Virus record (IMG/VR): IMGVR_UViG_3300009095_000043
Coordinates: 1-33,351 of that record
Reading direction: 5' to 3' (one strand)
From: a virus
Lineage: Duplodnaviria > Caudoviricetes
Length of the DNA: 33,351 nt
The notes under the pieces were generated by a model. The model was not told where the DNA came from, ran no database searches, and saw only the letters and a program-made list of their open reading frames with translations. The position numbers and the translations under genes were made by a program. This document shows positions 7,645 through 17,544 of this stretch, piece after piece (position 1 is the stretch's first letter; each line of letters begins with the position of its first letter).

Positions 7645-8195
7645 TGCGCATTCTTGCCTTGGACGTCGCCACTGTCACCGGCTGGGCTCTGCATGATACC
7701 GACAAGGGCGCGTCGGCCATTGAATCCGGGTCTATCCGCCTGGTTGGCTCAGATGCTTTCGAGCGTGTGGTCGACATGCGCAGGAAGCTTCCCCGCCTGA
7801 TCCGAGACTATAAGCCCGACTTCGCGGCGATTGAGGAACCCCTGAAAATCGCTCCCCGGTTCAAGAAGGTCCGCAAGGACATGCTGGGGCAGGAGGAAAC
7901 CGGCGAGACGACGATCAACTCGAAAACCATCGCCGACCTGAACGAATATGCCGGCGCCGCGACAATGGCCGTCCTGGGCCAGAACGTCCCCTGTGTCAGG
8001 GTCCGCCCGCAGACTTGGCAGGCGATCATTCCGAAGCAAATCACAGGGAAGCCGAAGCAGCGGGCCAAGGCCTATTGCGACATGCTGCGGATCATTTCCC
8101 CGAACATGGACAGCCGGGACGCATGCCTGATCGCCATTTGGGCAGCGGGACATTGCCAGGAATTGAAGCTTATCGAGAGGGCGCGCGCAGCATGA
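7644..8195 (+). CDS. RuvC-like Holliday junction resolvase
   Basis: MRILALDVATVTGWA, AAIEEP, PQTW, DSRDACLIA RNase H-fold motifs. Confidence 0.8.
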   Translation: MRILALDVATVTGWALHDTDKGASAIESGSIRLVGSDAFERVVDMRRKLPRLIRDYKPDFAAIEEPLKIAPRFKKVRKDMLGQEETGETTINSKTIADLNEYAGAATMAVLGQNVPCVRVRPQTWQAIIPKQITGKPKQRAKAYCDMLRIISPNMDSRDACLIAIWAAGHCQELKLIERARAA

Positions 8196-9643
8196 ACATG
8201 CACGATACCAGCTTGCGTGTTGTCCCACAGAACATCGAAGCCGAGCAGGCTTTGCTTGGCGCTCTCCTGATCAACAATGGCGTGCACGGTCCTGTGTCCC
8301 GCTTCCTTGAGGCAGGTCACTTCTATGAACGGTTCCACGGCCTGATCTACGAAAAGATCGAAACCATGCTGAAGGCCGGCCGGTCGGTCGATCCGAGCAC
8401 AATGAAAGGCTATCTGCCGGCAGAGGTCAAAGGCCTCAAGCTGGACGGGGAACCGGCCACTCCGATGCAATACCTGGCGCGCCTTGCTGCCGCGGCCGTG
8501 CCGCCATCAATGGCATTGGGGCAGGCTCTTGCGGTTCATGACATGTGGATAGCCCGCCAGGCGTTGGCTGTGGTCCAGAGCGCGGAAGACATCATCCTCA
8601 ACATGGACCCTTCCGGCGATATCCTTCAGCAACTGGAACCGATCGAGGAAAACATTACCTCACTCCGGGCCCAGCGCATCCGCGGTGAAGTCCGCAAGGG
8701 GGCAGGACAGTCCTATCTCGACGCTCTGTCGGAAGCCTACAGGCGGGGGAACGTGAAGGGCGTCCCGTTGCCGCTCCGGGAAATCTCGCAGGTGATATCG
8801 GAACCCTGCCTGGAGGCCGGCAACCTGTACGGGCTCCTGTCGAGTTCGGGCGAGGGCAAAACAAGCCTGACGGTGCAGATCATGCACCATGCACTGAGAA
8901 ACGGTCATCCGGTGCTGTTCCTGTCCTACGACCAGTCGTCGGATCAGGTCATTCGCCAGATGGTCGCCCAGCACCATGAAATCGAGGCAAGACGCCAGCG
9001 CGACCCAAGGCTGCTTTCCGACAGTGAATTCGAGACCTGCGCATCCTTCGGAACATGGATTGAGACGCAGCCGTTCGATGTCATCAAATGCACGGCCCAG
9101 ACCGCACCGCAGCTTGCCGGCCTGGCGAGGACGTTCATCAAGCGCCACGGCAACGGCAATGTGCCCTTTGTCGTTGTCGACCACATCCGGGCCATTACCC
9201 CCGAGAATGACAAGGGGGACGAGGGCACCAAGGCGCTCCGGATCGGCCAGATCCTGAAAAGTGCGGCAGAGCAGACAGAAGCCCCTTGGCTCATTCTAAA
9301 CCAACGCAACAGCTACGGAATGCGGCGCGACAACCCGCGACCGATCGCAGCCGACTTGTTCGGAGGTGAGGGCGCCAAAGCCCCGTTCGACGCGATATTC
9401 TACCTCTATCGCTTCCTGAAGTTTCTCGAGGAACGCAAGGCGGTCGCCAGTTCCGATTCCGACTGGAAGAAGATCGACAAGATATTCCCGTCGGCAGTGA
9501 GGGAAGGGCAGGACATAGCCGAGATCGGCGCGATCAAGGTTCGTTTCGGCAATCCCGCAATCAAGGAACGGATGATGTTCGACGCACGGTTCACGCGGTA
9601 TCGATCGATGCAGCCGCCACCAGAGCAGGAGGGTCTTCTATGA
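8192..9643 (+). CDS. dnaB: DnaB-like replicative helicase
   Basis: PQNIEAEQALLGALL N-terminus; Walker A SSSGEGKT; Walker B VVVDHI; LNQ and KVRFG motifs; ATGA-coupled start at 8192. Confidence 0.9.
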   Translation: MNMHDTSLRVVPQNIEAEQALLGALLINNGVHGPVSRFLEAGHFYERFHGLIYEKIETMLKAGRSVDPSTMKGYLPAEVKGLKLDGEPATPMQYLARLAAAAVPPSMALGQALAVHDMWIARQALAVVQSAEDIILNMDPSGDILQQLEPIEENITSLRAQRIRGEVRKGAGQSYLDALSEAYRRGNVKGVPLPLREISQVISEPCLEAGNLYGLLSSSGEGKTSLTVQIMHHALRNGHPVLFLSYDQSSDQVIRQMVAQHHEIEARRQRDPRLLSDSEFETCASFGTWIETQPFDVIKCTAQTAPQLAGLARTFIKRHGNGNVPFVVVDHIRAITPENDKGDEGTKALRIGQILKSAAEQTEAPWLILNQRNSYGMRRDNPRPIAADLFGGEGAKAPFDAIFYLYRFLKFLEERKAVASSDSDWKKIDKIFPSAVREGQDIAEIGAIKVRFGNPAIKERMMFDARFTRYRSMQPPPEQEGLL

Positions 9644-9987
9644 CCCGCGTCTGGTTCCCCGAGGCCCATTACATGCCCTACGGCGGCGGCTACCTGCCAT
9701 TGCACAGGTGGTATGTGGGTGATCCGTACAAGCTGCTTCCCGGCCCGAAGGAACCGTATCCGACGGTCACACAGGCCAAGAACGCAGCCAGAGACTACAT
9801 GGCCGCCCTGATGGCGTCACGCATGCGCAGCGAGGCCGTGGAGGCCCCAGAGCCGGCAGACGCGCTTGGCGTCGACCAATGGCACCAGGAACGCGCAGGA
9901 AGGGCAGCAGCAGAGCAGGAGCGGGCCTTGGGCGCCCTGATCGTCAAGGGCCGCCAGATACAGGTGGAGCGGAGGAAAATCGCGTGA
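9640..9987 (+). CDS. Hypothetical phage protein
   Basis: 115 aa, ATGA-coupled, GGAGG RBS. Confidence 0.7.
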   Translation: MTRVWFPEAHYMPYGGGYLPLHRWYVGDPYKLLPGPKEPYPTVTQAKNAARDYMAALMASRMRSEAVEAPEPADALGVDQWHQERAGRAAAEQERALGALIVKGRQIQVERRKIA

Positions 9988-10253
9988 CGATCAACCTCAC
10001 CTGCCCATGCTGCGGCCACCCGGTATTCCGACAGACGGCCAGGATCGTCGTGGAGCGGCTTATGGAAGCGAAAGAGCCACTAACCCGGCATGAACTGCTG
10101 GACGGCATCAACGTGTCCGACAGCGCGTGGCAGGCCATACGGGAAGGACTGGCGCCGAAACTGAAGGCGCAAGGCTATCGCCTCGTCAACGCAACGAAGC
10201 ATCGCGGAGGGACAGGCTTCGTCGCCCGCTACCGACTGGAGAAGCTGCCATGA
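9984..10253 (+). CDS. CPCCG plus winged-helix protein
   Basis: GTG 9984 overlapping upstream stop with GGAGG RBS; MTINLTCPCCGHPV...LTRHELLD...YRL. Confidence 0.7.
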   Translation: MTINLTCPCCGHPVFRQTARIVVERLMEAKEPLTRHELLDGINVSDSAWQAIREGLAPKLKAQGYRLVNATKHRGGTGFVARYRLEKLP

Positions 10254-10471
10254 CCATCAAGGCTTACAGCATGGCCACCAAATACGACCCGGACACGGGA
10301 TACGTCACCTTCTCCATGCTCGACAATGCGGGAAGGGCGCTTGTCGCATGCGAGATGCCCGGAGACGACGCCATGCGTATCCTGCTCGTCATTGCGTCAT
10401 GGATGGAAGAAAACGGCGATCTGGAAGACGACGATCTGGACGACGAAACCGAAGTCGTGGGGCACTGCTGA
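10250..10471 (+). CDS. Hypothetical acidic protein
   Basis: ATGA-coupled start, GGAG RBS, MTIKAYSMATKYDPDTG. Confidence 0.6.
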   Translation: MTIKAYSMATKYDPDTGYVTFSMLDNAGRALVACEMPGDDAMRILLVIASWMEENGDLEDDDLDDETEVVGHC

Positions 10472-11067
10472 TGGTGAAGCGCTCCACAAAGCGAAAGGCA
10501 AAGCCGATGTATCCTGTCCCTCAACTCGGGAACCGGAAGACCGTCCTTTCGTCAAAGGAGGTGGATAATCCCTTCTATTCCCGAGCCCACGACGCCAACC
10601 GGACAAATCCCGAGCGTATCGGTGCCGTCATCAACGTCAGGGAAAGCGCCATCGTCATGCTCGAGGCCAAGGGCGTTCTCGACAAGGCCCAGGTCAAGGC
10701 GGCCGAACGCTTCCGCAAGCTATGGGAGCGCATGGGTGGAGCCGGAGCCGGTGCGATGGACTATTCCCGCGTCGTGGTCGATGGCGGCATATCGCCGGAC
10801 CCCATATCGGCAAGCCAGATGGAAGCAGGACAGGCGCTCAAGGATGCAGAGGACGCCCTTCGCAAGCAATATGGCGCCTATGCCTATAAGCTGGTCGGCT
10901 ACATCTGCGGAGAGGGCTACTCCATCCACGACCTGACGGAGACGCGCCGGCAGCGGGACACGATGACTGATATGCTGCGGATGTACCTCGATCTGCTTGC
11001 CGATCTGTGGCAACTTTCAACGAAAAAGCGGGTAATGCACCCTGAAAGTGCCAGAAAAGCCGGGTGA
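10471..11067 (+). CDS. Putative late transcription regulator (Q position, DUF6456-like)
   Basis: QVKAAERFRKLWE...AMDYSRVVVDGG...ICGEGYSI...LDLLADLW; last early gene before the late promoter. Confidence 0.7.
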   Translation: MVKRSTKRKAKPMYPVPQLGNRKTVLSSKEVDNPFYSRAHDANRTNPERIGAVINVRESAIVMLEAKGVLDKAQVKAAERFRKLWERMGGAGAGAMDYSRVVVDGGISPDPISASQMEAGQALKDAEDALRKQYGAYAYKLVGYICGEGYSIHDLTETRRQRDTMTDMLRMYLDLLADLWQLSTKKRVMHPESARKAG

Positions 11068-11093
11068 TTATCAATGTAAACGCGGGTAATCGC

Positions 11094-11123
11094 TTGACAT
11101 CGTGCGCGCGAGATGGCAGACAG
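11094..11123 (+). promoter_or_regulatory. Late (PR'-like) promoter
   Basis: Perfect TTGACA at 11094-11099 between late regulator and tRNA; -10 weak. Confidence 0.5.
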
Positions 11124-11149
11124 TCGCCATTCCCGAAAATTGTCAGTAT

Positions 11150-11226
<77 letters not shown>

Positions 11227-11241
11227 GTCCCGCAAGGGCAC

Positions 11242-11326
11242 ATCAGGACGGTGGCACTCGGTTCTAGCCACAGCGAATCCGAGCGGCGTGCGAATGTCGG
11301 CGTGGATCCCGGCCCGTCCTGGTCCA
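11242..11326 (+). ncRNA. Candidate tRNA-like structured RNA
   Basis: 10-bp closing stem ATCAGGACGG/CCGTCCTGGT followed by CCA; internal TGGC/GCCA and GTCGG/CCGGC arms. Confidence 0.4.
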
Positions 11327-11343
11327 ACCGTAAGGCGAGGCAT

Positions 11344-11676
11344 ATGGCGAAGCCTGATCGGCGCAGCCCAGAAGCGATAGCCTACCGTAAGCTCTACAAG
11401 ACGGCACGATGGAGAGCGATCAGGGAAGCCCAGCTTGCCAAGCAGCCCCTATGCGAACGGTGCCTGAAGCGTAAGCTCATCACCCCGGCCACTGTCTGCC
11501 ACCACACAGACAAGGACAGCAAGAAGAACCCTGCCACCTTCTACCGTGGCCCCTTCGAAAGCTCATGTGCCCCCTGTCATGACGGCGAAGCACAGAGCGA
11601 GGAAGCAAGAGGCTTCAGCACCGCGATCGATGAAGATGGATGGCCAAGCGACCCCAGGCACCCTGCTAACCGCTAG
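11344..11676 (+). CDS. HNH endonuclease (HK97 gp74-like terminase cofactor)
   Basis: LYKTARWRAIREAQLAKQPLCERC...ATVCHH...CAPCHD...DGWPSDPRHP; directly upstream of terS; GAGG RBS. Confidence 0.88.
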   Translation: MAKPDRRSPEAIAYRKLYKTARWRAIREAQLAKQPLCERCLKRKLITPATVCHHTDKDSKKNPATFYRGPFESSCAPCHDGEAQSEEARGFSTAIDEDGWPSDPRHPANR

Positions 11677-11760
11677 GGGGGCGTCCAAAAGTCCAAAACC
11701 GCTCATCCAAGGACCGGCGGTCGTACTACAAAAACGCAAAACCGTAAGAAATCGAGTTTG
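11677..11760. other. Probable cos packaging region
   Basis: HNH-terS intergenic region with G-run, A-tracts and a GC core (GGACCGGCGG), as expected for HK97-like cos phages; cut site not determinable. Confidence 0.5.
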
Positions 11761-11762
11761 TG

Positions 11763-12182
11763 ATGGTTCAAACGAAACGCGGTCGCAAGTCGGCGGCGTC
11801 CCTGGAGATCGCCCGGCCGGACTCAATCGAACTGGTCGAGAGGCCGGTTTGCCCACATGATCTGAATGATGAAGAGTCCGAAGTCTGGTCGGCAGTGGTC
11901 AATCGGCTTCCTGCAGACTGGTTTCCGGCCGAAACGCAACCTCTGCTTGTTCAATACTGCCGATCGGTCATCCAAGCGCGCCGTGTAGCTGAACTGATCG
12001 AGCAGGCGACGAGCGACCCCGAATTGTCCGTATCGGCCTACGACCGGCTCTTGAAGATGCAGGCTCGGTGCAGCGCCTCGATCGCCATGTTGGCGACGAA
12101 GATGCGGATCAGCCAACAGGCGACGACAAACCATCGTGGCAACAAGAAACAAGTCAGCCCGGCCAAGCCCTGGGAAAGCTGA
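11763..12182 (+). CDS. terS: Terminase small subunit
   Basis: RGRKS...P..L...E..VW..VV...LLVQYC...LATKMRISQQA; position before terL. Confidence 0.85.
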   Translation: MVQTKRGRKSAASLEIARPDSIELVERPVCPHDLNDEESEVWSAVVNRLPADWFPAETQPLLVQYCRSVIQARRVAELIEQATSDPELSVSAYDRLLKMQARCSASIAMLATKMRISQQATTNHRGNKKQVSPAKPWES

Positions 12183-13728
12183 GACGCGTGCCGAGCGGAA
12201 CGCCGCTTGGATACAGCGTCACTGTCGCGTACCTGAAGGCAAGCTGGTGGGACAGCCCGTAGTGCTCCGCAGGTGGCAACGGGATGAGCTGAGGAAGATC
12301 TACGACAACCCGCACGGCACGCGCCGCGCTATCGTGAGCTTCGGACGGAAAAACGGAAAAACGGCGCTGGCGGCATTTCTGCTGCTGCTGCATCTGTGTG
12401 GACCAGAAGCGCGGCCGAACAGCCAGCTTTATTCGGCGGCGCAGTCACGAGAGCAGGCGGCCATCCTGTTCAGTCTGGCGGCGAAGACGGTTCGCATGTC
12501 GCCGACGCTGAGCGCGTTTGTCGTGCCGGTGGATTCGGGCAAGAGGCTGACGTGCGAGGAACTTGGAACTGTCTACCGGGCGCTGTCTGCGGAAGCATCG
12601 ACTGCCTACGGTTTGAGCCCGGTCTTCATTGTCCACGACGAACTCGGACAGGTTCGCGGGCCGCGATCGGAACTTTATGAGGCGCTTGAAACTGCGACCG
12701 GCGCGCAGGACAATCCGCTGTCGATCGTAATCTCGACGCAGGCGCCGAACCCGACGGACTTGCTATCTCTGCTGATCGATGATGCCAAGACTGAGGCCGA
12801 TAAGCGCGTCGTGCTGAGCCTCTATACAGCGCCTGACGATGCCGATCCGTTCGACGCAGAGACGATCAAGCTGGCGAATCCGGCGTTCGGAGATTTTCAG
12901 AACGCCGACGAAGTTCTGGCTATGGCGGAAGACGCCCGCCGCATGCCGAGCAGGGAGCCGGAATACAGGAATCTGATCCTCAATCAGAGGGTCGAGATGT
13001 TCGCGCCGTTCGTAAGTCGCTCGGTATGGGCGGCCTGTGGCGGTGATGTGGTGAAGTCATTCGAGGGCCTGCCGATGTTCGGCGGTCTCGACCTGTCGTC
13101 CGTCAGCGATCTGACCGCGAAGGTCTATATCGCGCCAGTCGACCGCCTCTGGCATGTCAACCCGACATTTTGGCTGCCGCGCGAAGGGCTGGCCGAGAAA
13201 TCACGCAACGACCGCGTGCCATACGACGTCTGGGCAGAGAGGGGCGAACTCAGGACCACGCCGGGCAAGACTGTGGATTATGAGTTCGTTGCCGCGACGC
13301 TTTACGCCGACTGTGAGCGTGGCGATATCAGAAAAATTGCCTTCGATCGCTGGAACTGGAAACATCTCAAGCCTTGGCTGTTAAAGGCTGGTTTTGCCGA
13401 GGAACAGCTTGAAGGTGACAAAGCCATCTTCGAGCAGATGGGTCAGGGCTATCAGTCCATGTCGCCGGCGCTGCGCGATCTCGAAAGCGATCTGCTCGAC
13501 GGCAAAATCGTTCACGGGGACCACCCCGTGCTCACAATGTGCGCCGCAAACGCCGTCGTGACGTCGGACCCAGCAGGTAATCGCAAGCTGGACAAGGCGA
13601 AGGCAACAGGCCGCATCGACGGAATGGTCGCGCTGGCGATGGCAAGGGCGATGGCTGGCACATATCAGGAAGTTCCGACAATGAATCTCGATGACTTCCT
13701 TTCCGCTCCAGTGATGGCGATGCGCTGA
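12136..13728 (+). CDS. terL: Terminase large subunit
   Basis: Walker A GRKNGKT, Walker B IVHDE, ISTQ, GLDLS and RIDGMVAL nuclease motifs. Confidence 0.97.
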   Translation: MATRNKSARPSPGKAETRAERNAAWIQRHCRVPEGKLVGQPVVLRRWQRDELRKIYDNPHGTRRAIVSFGRKNGKTALAAFLLLLHLCGPEARPNSQLYSAAQSREQAAILFSLAAKTVRMSPTLSAFVVPVDSGKRLTCEELGTVYRALSAEASTAYGLSPVFIVHDELGQVRGPRSELYEALETATGAQDNPLSIVISTQAPNPTDLLSLLIDDAKTEADKRVVLSLYTAPDDADPFDAETIKLANPAFGDFQNADEVLAMAEDARRMPSREPEYRNLILNQRVEMFAPFVSRSVWAACGGDVVKSFEGLPMFGGLDLSSVSDLTAKVYIAPVDRLWHVNPTFWLPREGLAEKSRNDRVPYDVWAERGELRTTPGKTVDYEFVAATLYADCERGDIRKIAFDRWNWKHLKPWLLKAGFAEEQLEGDKAIFEQMGQGYQSMSPALRDLESDLLDGKIVHGDHPVLTMCAANAVVTSDPAGNRKLDKAKATGRIDGMVALAMARAMAGTYQEVPTMNLDDFLSAPVMAMR

Positions 13729-15065
13729 TGGGCATCTTCGTTCGCGCTGCCGCGGCGCCGTTCAAGCTGTTCAACGCGATTTCCGACGAGATCGCGAAGG
13801 AACGCCGGCTGCGTCTGACGGACGGCAATAGCTGGTCGCAGTTTTTCGGCAAGGAGAGTTCGGCCGGCAAGGTCGTTACGATCGACAGCGCCATGCAGCT
13901 TGCCACGGTATGGGCCTGCATCAAACTCAATGCGCAGGCGGTATCATCGCTGCCGTTGCAGATGTTCGAGAAGCGGCCCGACGACGATCGCGTGAAGGTT
14001 GACGACGATATTTCGGCGGTGATCGGATCGGACGGCAGCCCGAACGAAGACCAGACGCCGCTGGAATTCTGGGAAGGCAAGGTCGCGTGGTTGATGACGA
14101 CCGGCAACGCCTATTCCGAGAAGGTGTTTTCCGGCCGCGCGCTGTCCGCGTTGCAGCCGATCATGTCGACACGCTGCCGGCCAGTGAGGCTGACTGACGG
14201 TACGCTGGTCTATCGCGTGACCGATCGTGGCAAGACCGAAGACCTGCCGCGCGATAAGGTGTTTCACATCAAGGGCTTCGGCCAGGGGCTGAAAAATACC
14301 GACGAAGGCATGTCGCCGATCGCGTTCGGAACAAACTCGATTGGCGCGGCAATGGCGGCGCAGGAATCGGCTGCCAGCACGTTCGCCAACGGGATGCGTC
14401 CGACCGGCTTCTTCATGTTCGACCAGGTGTTGACCGAATCGCAGCGCGCGCAGGCCAACAAGGTTCTCGTCGATCCCCTGAAGGGCAGCAACCATACCGG
14501 CGGCATCGGCGTCCTGGAAGCCGGCGTGAAGTGGGAGAGCGTGTCGCTCAATCCCGACGACGCGCAGATGCTGGAAACCCGGCGCTTCGACGTCGAGGAA
14601 ATGTGCCGCTGGTTCGGCGTCCCTCCGATCATGGTCGGGCACGCGGCCGAGGGCCAGACCATGTGGGGGTCCGGCGTCGAGGCGATCCTGATCTCGTGGC
14701 TCGTGACCGGCATCGACCCGATCTGTGATCGCATCGAGTCCCGCATCAAGAAGCAGTTGATCCGCCCGACCGGCAATCGCCGGAAATATGCCGAGTTCAA
14801 CCGGGAAGCCCTCTTGCAGATGGATTCGACGGCCAAGGCGGCCTTCCTGTCGCAGATGGTCAACAACGGCATGATGACCCGCAACGAAAGCCGCGCGAAG
14901 CTCAACCAACGCAAGAGCGTCGACGCTAACGCCGACAAGCTGACCGTTCAGTCCGCGATGATCACGCTCGACAGCCTCGGCAAGGAGCCGGAAGGCAATC
15001 AGGCGCGTGCCGCCCTCATGAACTGGCTCGGCCTCAACCAGGAGAAGCACGATGAGCAAGCGTAA
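13728..15065 (+). CDS. HK97-family portal protein
   Basis: ATVWACI...VSSLPL, GNAY, GMSPI, DAQMLETRRF...FGVPP, MTRNESR. Confidence 0.96.
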   Translation: MGIFVRAAAAPFKLFNAISDEIAKERRLRLTDGNSWSQFFGKESSAGKVVTIDSAMQLATVWACIKLNAQAVSSLPLQMFEKRPDDDRVKVDDDISAVIGSDGSPNEDQTPLEFWEGKVAWLMTTGNAYSEKVFSGRALSALQPIMSTRCRPVRLTDGTLVYRVTDRGKTEDLPRDKVFHIKGFGQGLKNTDEGMSPIAFGTNSIGAAMAAQESAASTFANGMRPTGFFMFDQVLTESQRAQANKVLVDPLKGSNHTGGIGVLEAGVKWESVSLNPDDAQMLETRRFDVEEMCRWFGVPPIMVGHAAEGQTMWGSGVEAILISWLVTGIDPICDRIESRIKKQLIRPTGNRRKYAEFNREALLQMDSTAKAAFLSQMVNNGMMTRNESRAKLNQRKSVDANADKLTVQSAMITLDSLGKEPEGNQARAALMNWLGLNQEKHDEQA

Positions 15066-15897
15066 GCTGCCGGCCGCCCAGATCGCGGCCCGCCCCGGCA
15101 TGCGCACCGAGATCATGCCTTCGGCGCTCGACCGCTGGAACGCTGATGTCCATGCTGCCGCCGAGAAAGAGGCCGAGAACACCATCTCCGTCCTCGACGT
15201 GATCGGCGCCGACTGGTTCGGCGAGGGCGTGACGGCCAAGCGCATCTCTGGAGCGCTGCGCGCGATCGGCAAGAACGACGTCGTGGTCAACATCAACTCG
15301 CCAGGCGGCGACTATTTCGAGGGCCTGGCGATCTACAACATGCTGCGCGAGCATCCGGCCAAGGTGACGGTCAAAGTGCTCGGCATCGCCGCGTCGGCCG
15401 CATCCGTCATTGCGATGGCTGGCGATGAAATCCAGATCGCGAGGGCAGGTTTCCTGATGATCCACAATACCTGGGTCATTGCCATGGGCGACCGCCATCA
15501 ACTGCGCGACGTGTCGGACTGGCTGGAGCCGTTCGACCAGTCTGCCGTCGACATCTATGCGGCGCGTACCGGCATGGCCGACAAGGAACTGGCCAAGATG
15601 CTCGACCGGGAGACATGGATCGGTGGCTCCGATGCGGTCGACAAGGGCTTTGCGGACGCCCTTCTGGCCTCCGACGAAGTATCGACGCAGGCCAAGAATT
15701 CCAGCGAGGCGCGCCCCGTGGCCGCCGCGCACAAGATCGACACGCTGCTCGCAAGGGCCGGTGTCGCCAGATCGGAGCGCCGCGATCTTCTCGCCGCTCT
15801 GAAAGGAGGCAAGCCTAGCGCTGCCTCAACCGGCATGCAGGACGCTGCCGTCATCGCGGATGTCGAAAGCATCCTTTCCCAAATCCGGTCAATCTGA
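15052..15897 (+). CDS. ClpP-like head maturation protease
   Basis: INSPGGD, GIAASAASVIAMAGD, LMIHN, ETW motifs. Confidence 0.95.
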   Translation: MSKRKLPAAQIAARPGMRTEIMPSALDRWNADVHAAAEKEAENTISVLDVIGADWFGEGVTAKRISGALRAIGKNDVVVNINSPGGDYFEGLAIYNMLREHPAKVTVKVLGIAASAASVIAMAGDEIQIARAGFLMIHNTWVIAMGDRHQLRDVSDWLEPFDQSAVDIYAARTGMADKELAKMLDRETWIGGSDAVDKGFADALLASDEVSTQAKNSSEARPVAAAHKIDTLLARAGVARSERRDLLAALKGGKPSAASTGMQDAAVIADVESILSQIRSI

Positions 15898-15908
15898 GGA
15901 GAACTCTC

Positions 15909-17225
15909 ATGACCAAGCACTTCATGCCGCAGGTCAGCCTTGCGGCTCTGATGGCTGCGCGTCCGTCTGCCGTAATCGGTGCGGTGCGCAACGATGCCAA
16001 CGCCGGCAAGGTCGAAGCCCTGCTGACCGAGGTCAAGTCCGAACTCACCCGCATCGGTGACGAGGTAAAGAAGACTGCCGAGGACGCCCTGAAGCAGTCG
16101 AAGGACGCGGGCAAGCTCACCGAGGAAACCCGCGCCAAGGCCGACGAGCTTATCCACAACCAGGGCAAGCTCACCGACGCGCAGCAGAGGCTCACGGAAA
16201 AGCTGGAAGCGCTGGAGACGCGCAACCAGGATCTGGAGCAGAAGCTGGCGAACCGCCATCCCGGCGCGGCTGAAAAGCCGAAGTCGCTGGGCCAGCAGGT
16301 CGCGGAACATGACGACATCAAGAACTTCACCGCCAAGGGCGCGAAGGGCTCGGTCGTCATCAACGTCCAGAACGCGATCACCTCTGCCGATGGCTCTGCG
16401 GGCGACCTGATCTGGTCGGACCGCGAAACGGCCATCGTCGGCATGCCTCAGCGCCAGATGACGATCCGTCAGCTGCTTTCGCAGGCTCGCACCACGTCGA
16501 ACCTGGTCGAGTATGCCAAGCAGACCACGCGCACGATCAACGCGCGGGTGGTGACGGAGGGCGCGGACAAGCCGGAGTCGGTGTTCGTATGGGATCGGGC
16601 CGACGCGCCGGTTCGCACCATCGCCCATATCAGCCATGTCTCGCGTCAGGCGATGGACGACGCGACGCAGCTTCAGAGCGAACTCGACAACGAGCTTCGT
16701 TATGGCCTGCGTCTGACCGAGGAGCTTGCGATCCTGAAGGGCGACGGCGCCGGCCAGAACCTGTCCGGGCTCGTGACCGAGGCGACGGCATATTCGGCAG
16801 CGTTCACGCCGACTTCGCCGACGCTGATCGACACGCTCCGGCTGGCGATCCTGCAAGTGGCTCTCGCCGAGTATCCGGCAGACGGCATCGTGATCCATCC
16901 GACCGACTGGGCTCGCATCGAGCTTCAGAAGGAAGCGACCACGAACGCCTATCTCTGGGCCAACCCGCGCACCGTGAATGGTCCCGGCCTCTGGGGCCTG
17001 CCGGTCATCCCGACGCAATCCATGGACATCGACGAGTTCCTCGTCGGCGCGTTCCGCATGGCTGCGACGATCTATGACCGCATGGACGTGGAAGTCCTGA
17101 TCTCCTCGGAGCATTCGGACAACTTCATCAAGAACATGCTCACGGTCCGCGCAGAAGAGCGCCTTGCTCTCGCCGTGAAGCGCCCGGCCGCACTCGTCAC
17201 GGGCGACTTCGGCTTCATCACCTGA
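15909..17225 (+). CDS. HK97-fold major capsid protein
   Basis: Coiled-coil delta domain, EGADKPES, ILKGDG, LWGLPV, NMLTVRAEERLAL; GAGGAG RBS. Confidence 0.97.
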   Translation: MTKHFMPQVSLAALMAARPSAVIGAVRNDANAGKVEALLTEVKSELTRIGDEVKKTAEDALKQSKDAGKLTEETRAKADELIHNQGKLTDAQQRLTEKLEALETRNQDLEQKLANRHPGAAEKPKSLGQQVAEHDDIKNFTAKGAKGSVVINVQNAITSADGSAGDLIWSDRETAIVGMPQRQMTIRQLLSQARTTSNLVEYAKQTTRTINARVVTEGADKPESVFVWDRADAPVRTIAHISHVSRQAMDDATQLQSELDNELRYGLRLTEELAILKGDGAGQNLSGLVTEATAYSAAFTPTSPTLIDTLRLAILQVALAEYPADGIVIHPTDWARIELQKEATTNAYLWANPRTVNGPGLWGLPVIPTQSMDIDEFLVGAFRMAATIYDRMDVEVLISSEHSDNFIKNMLTVRAEERLALAVKRPAALVTGDFGFIT

Positions 17226-17241
17226 TCGGCGTGATCCGACC

Positions 17242-17269
17242 TGGGCGGCTGGCTTCGGCTGGCCGCCCA
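17242..17269 (+). terminator. 12-bp hairpin with C(UUCG)G loop after the capsid gene (weak terminator or mRNA stabiliser)
   Basis: TGGGCGGCTGGC-TTCG-GCTGGCCGCCCA followed by only a short T tract. Confidence 0.7.
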
Positions 17270-17295
17270 TTCCCCCACAACGGGAGCAAATCTCC

Positions 17296-17544
17296 ATGAA
17301 AGTTCTCACCTTGCGCGGGTTTCAGGGCGCAGAGGGCCACGTTCGCCGCGGTGCCGTGCTGGACGTTGGCGACCAGCGCGCCGCCTACCTGATCAAGAAG
17401 GGCCTTGCGAGCGAGGTTAAGATGCAGCCACGCCCTTTGTCCGGTGGCCCGACTGGCGAGGCGAAACCGTCGTCGTCGTCGCAAGCGGCCCGTCAGCCAA
17501 AGACATCCCGCTCGAAATCGGCCGCGGCAAAGCGAGATTCCTAG
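17296..17544 (+). CDS. Small putative capsid-binding protein (lambda gpFI C-domain-like) with Ser/Lys-rich tail
   Basis: GGGAG RBS; MKVLTLRGF...GAVLDVGDQRAAYLIKKGLASEV pattern typical of small genes after the capsid gene. Confidence 0.75.
   Translation: MKVLTLRGFQGAEGHVRRGAVLDVGDQRAAYLIKKGLASEVKMQPRPLSGGPTGEAKPSSSSQAARQPKTSRSKSAAAKRDS

Noticed and set aside
13944-15296. 450-aa minus-strand ORF opposite the portal
   Set aside because: Shadow ORF expected from high-GC codon bias; no recognisable motifs
15555-17309. 584-aa minus-strand ORF opposite the capsid gene
   Set aside because: Shadow ORF; Arg/Leu-rich composition without domain signal
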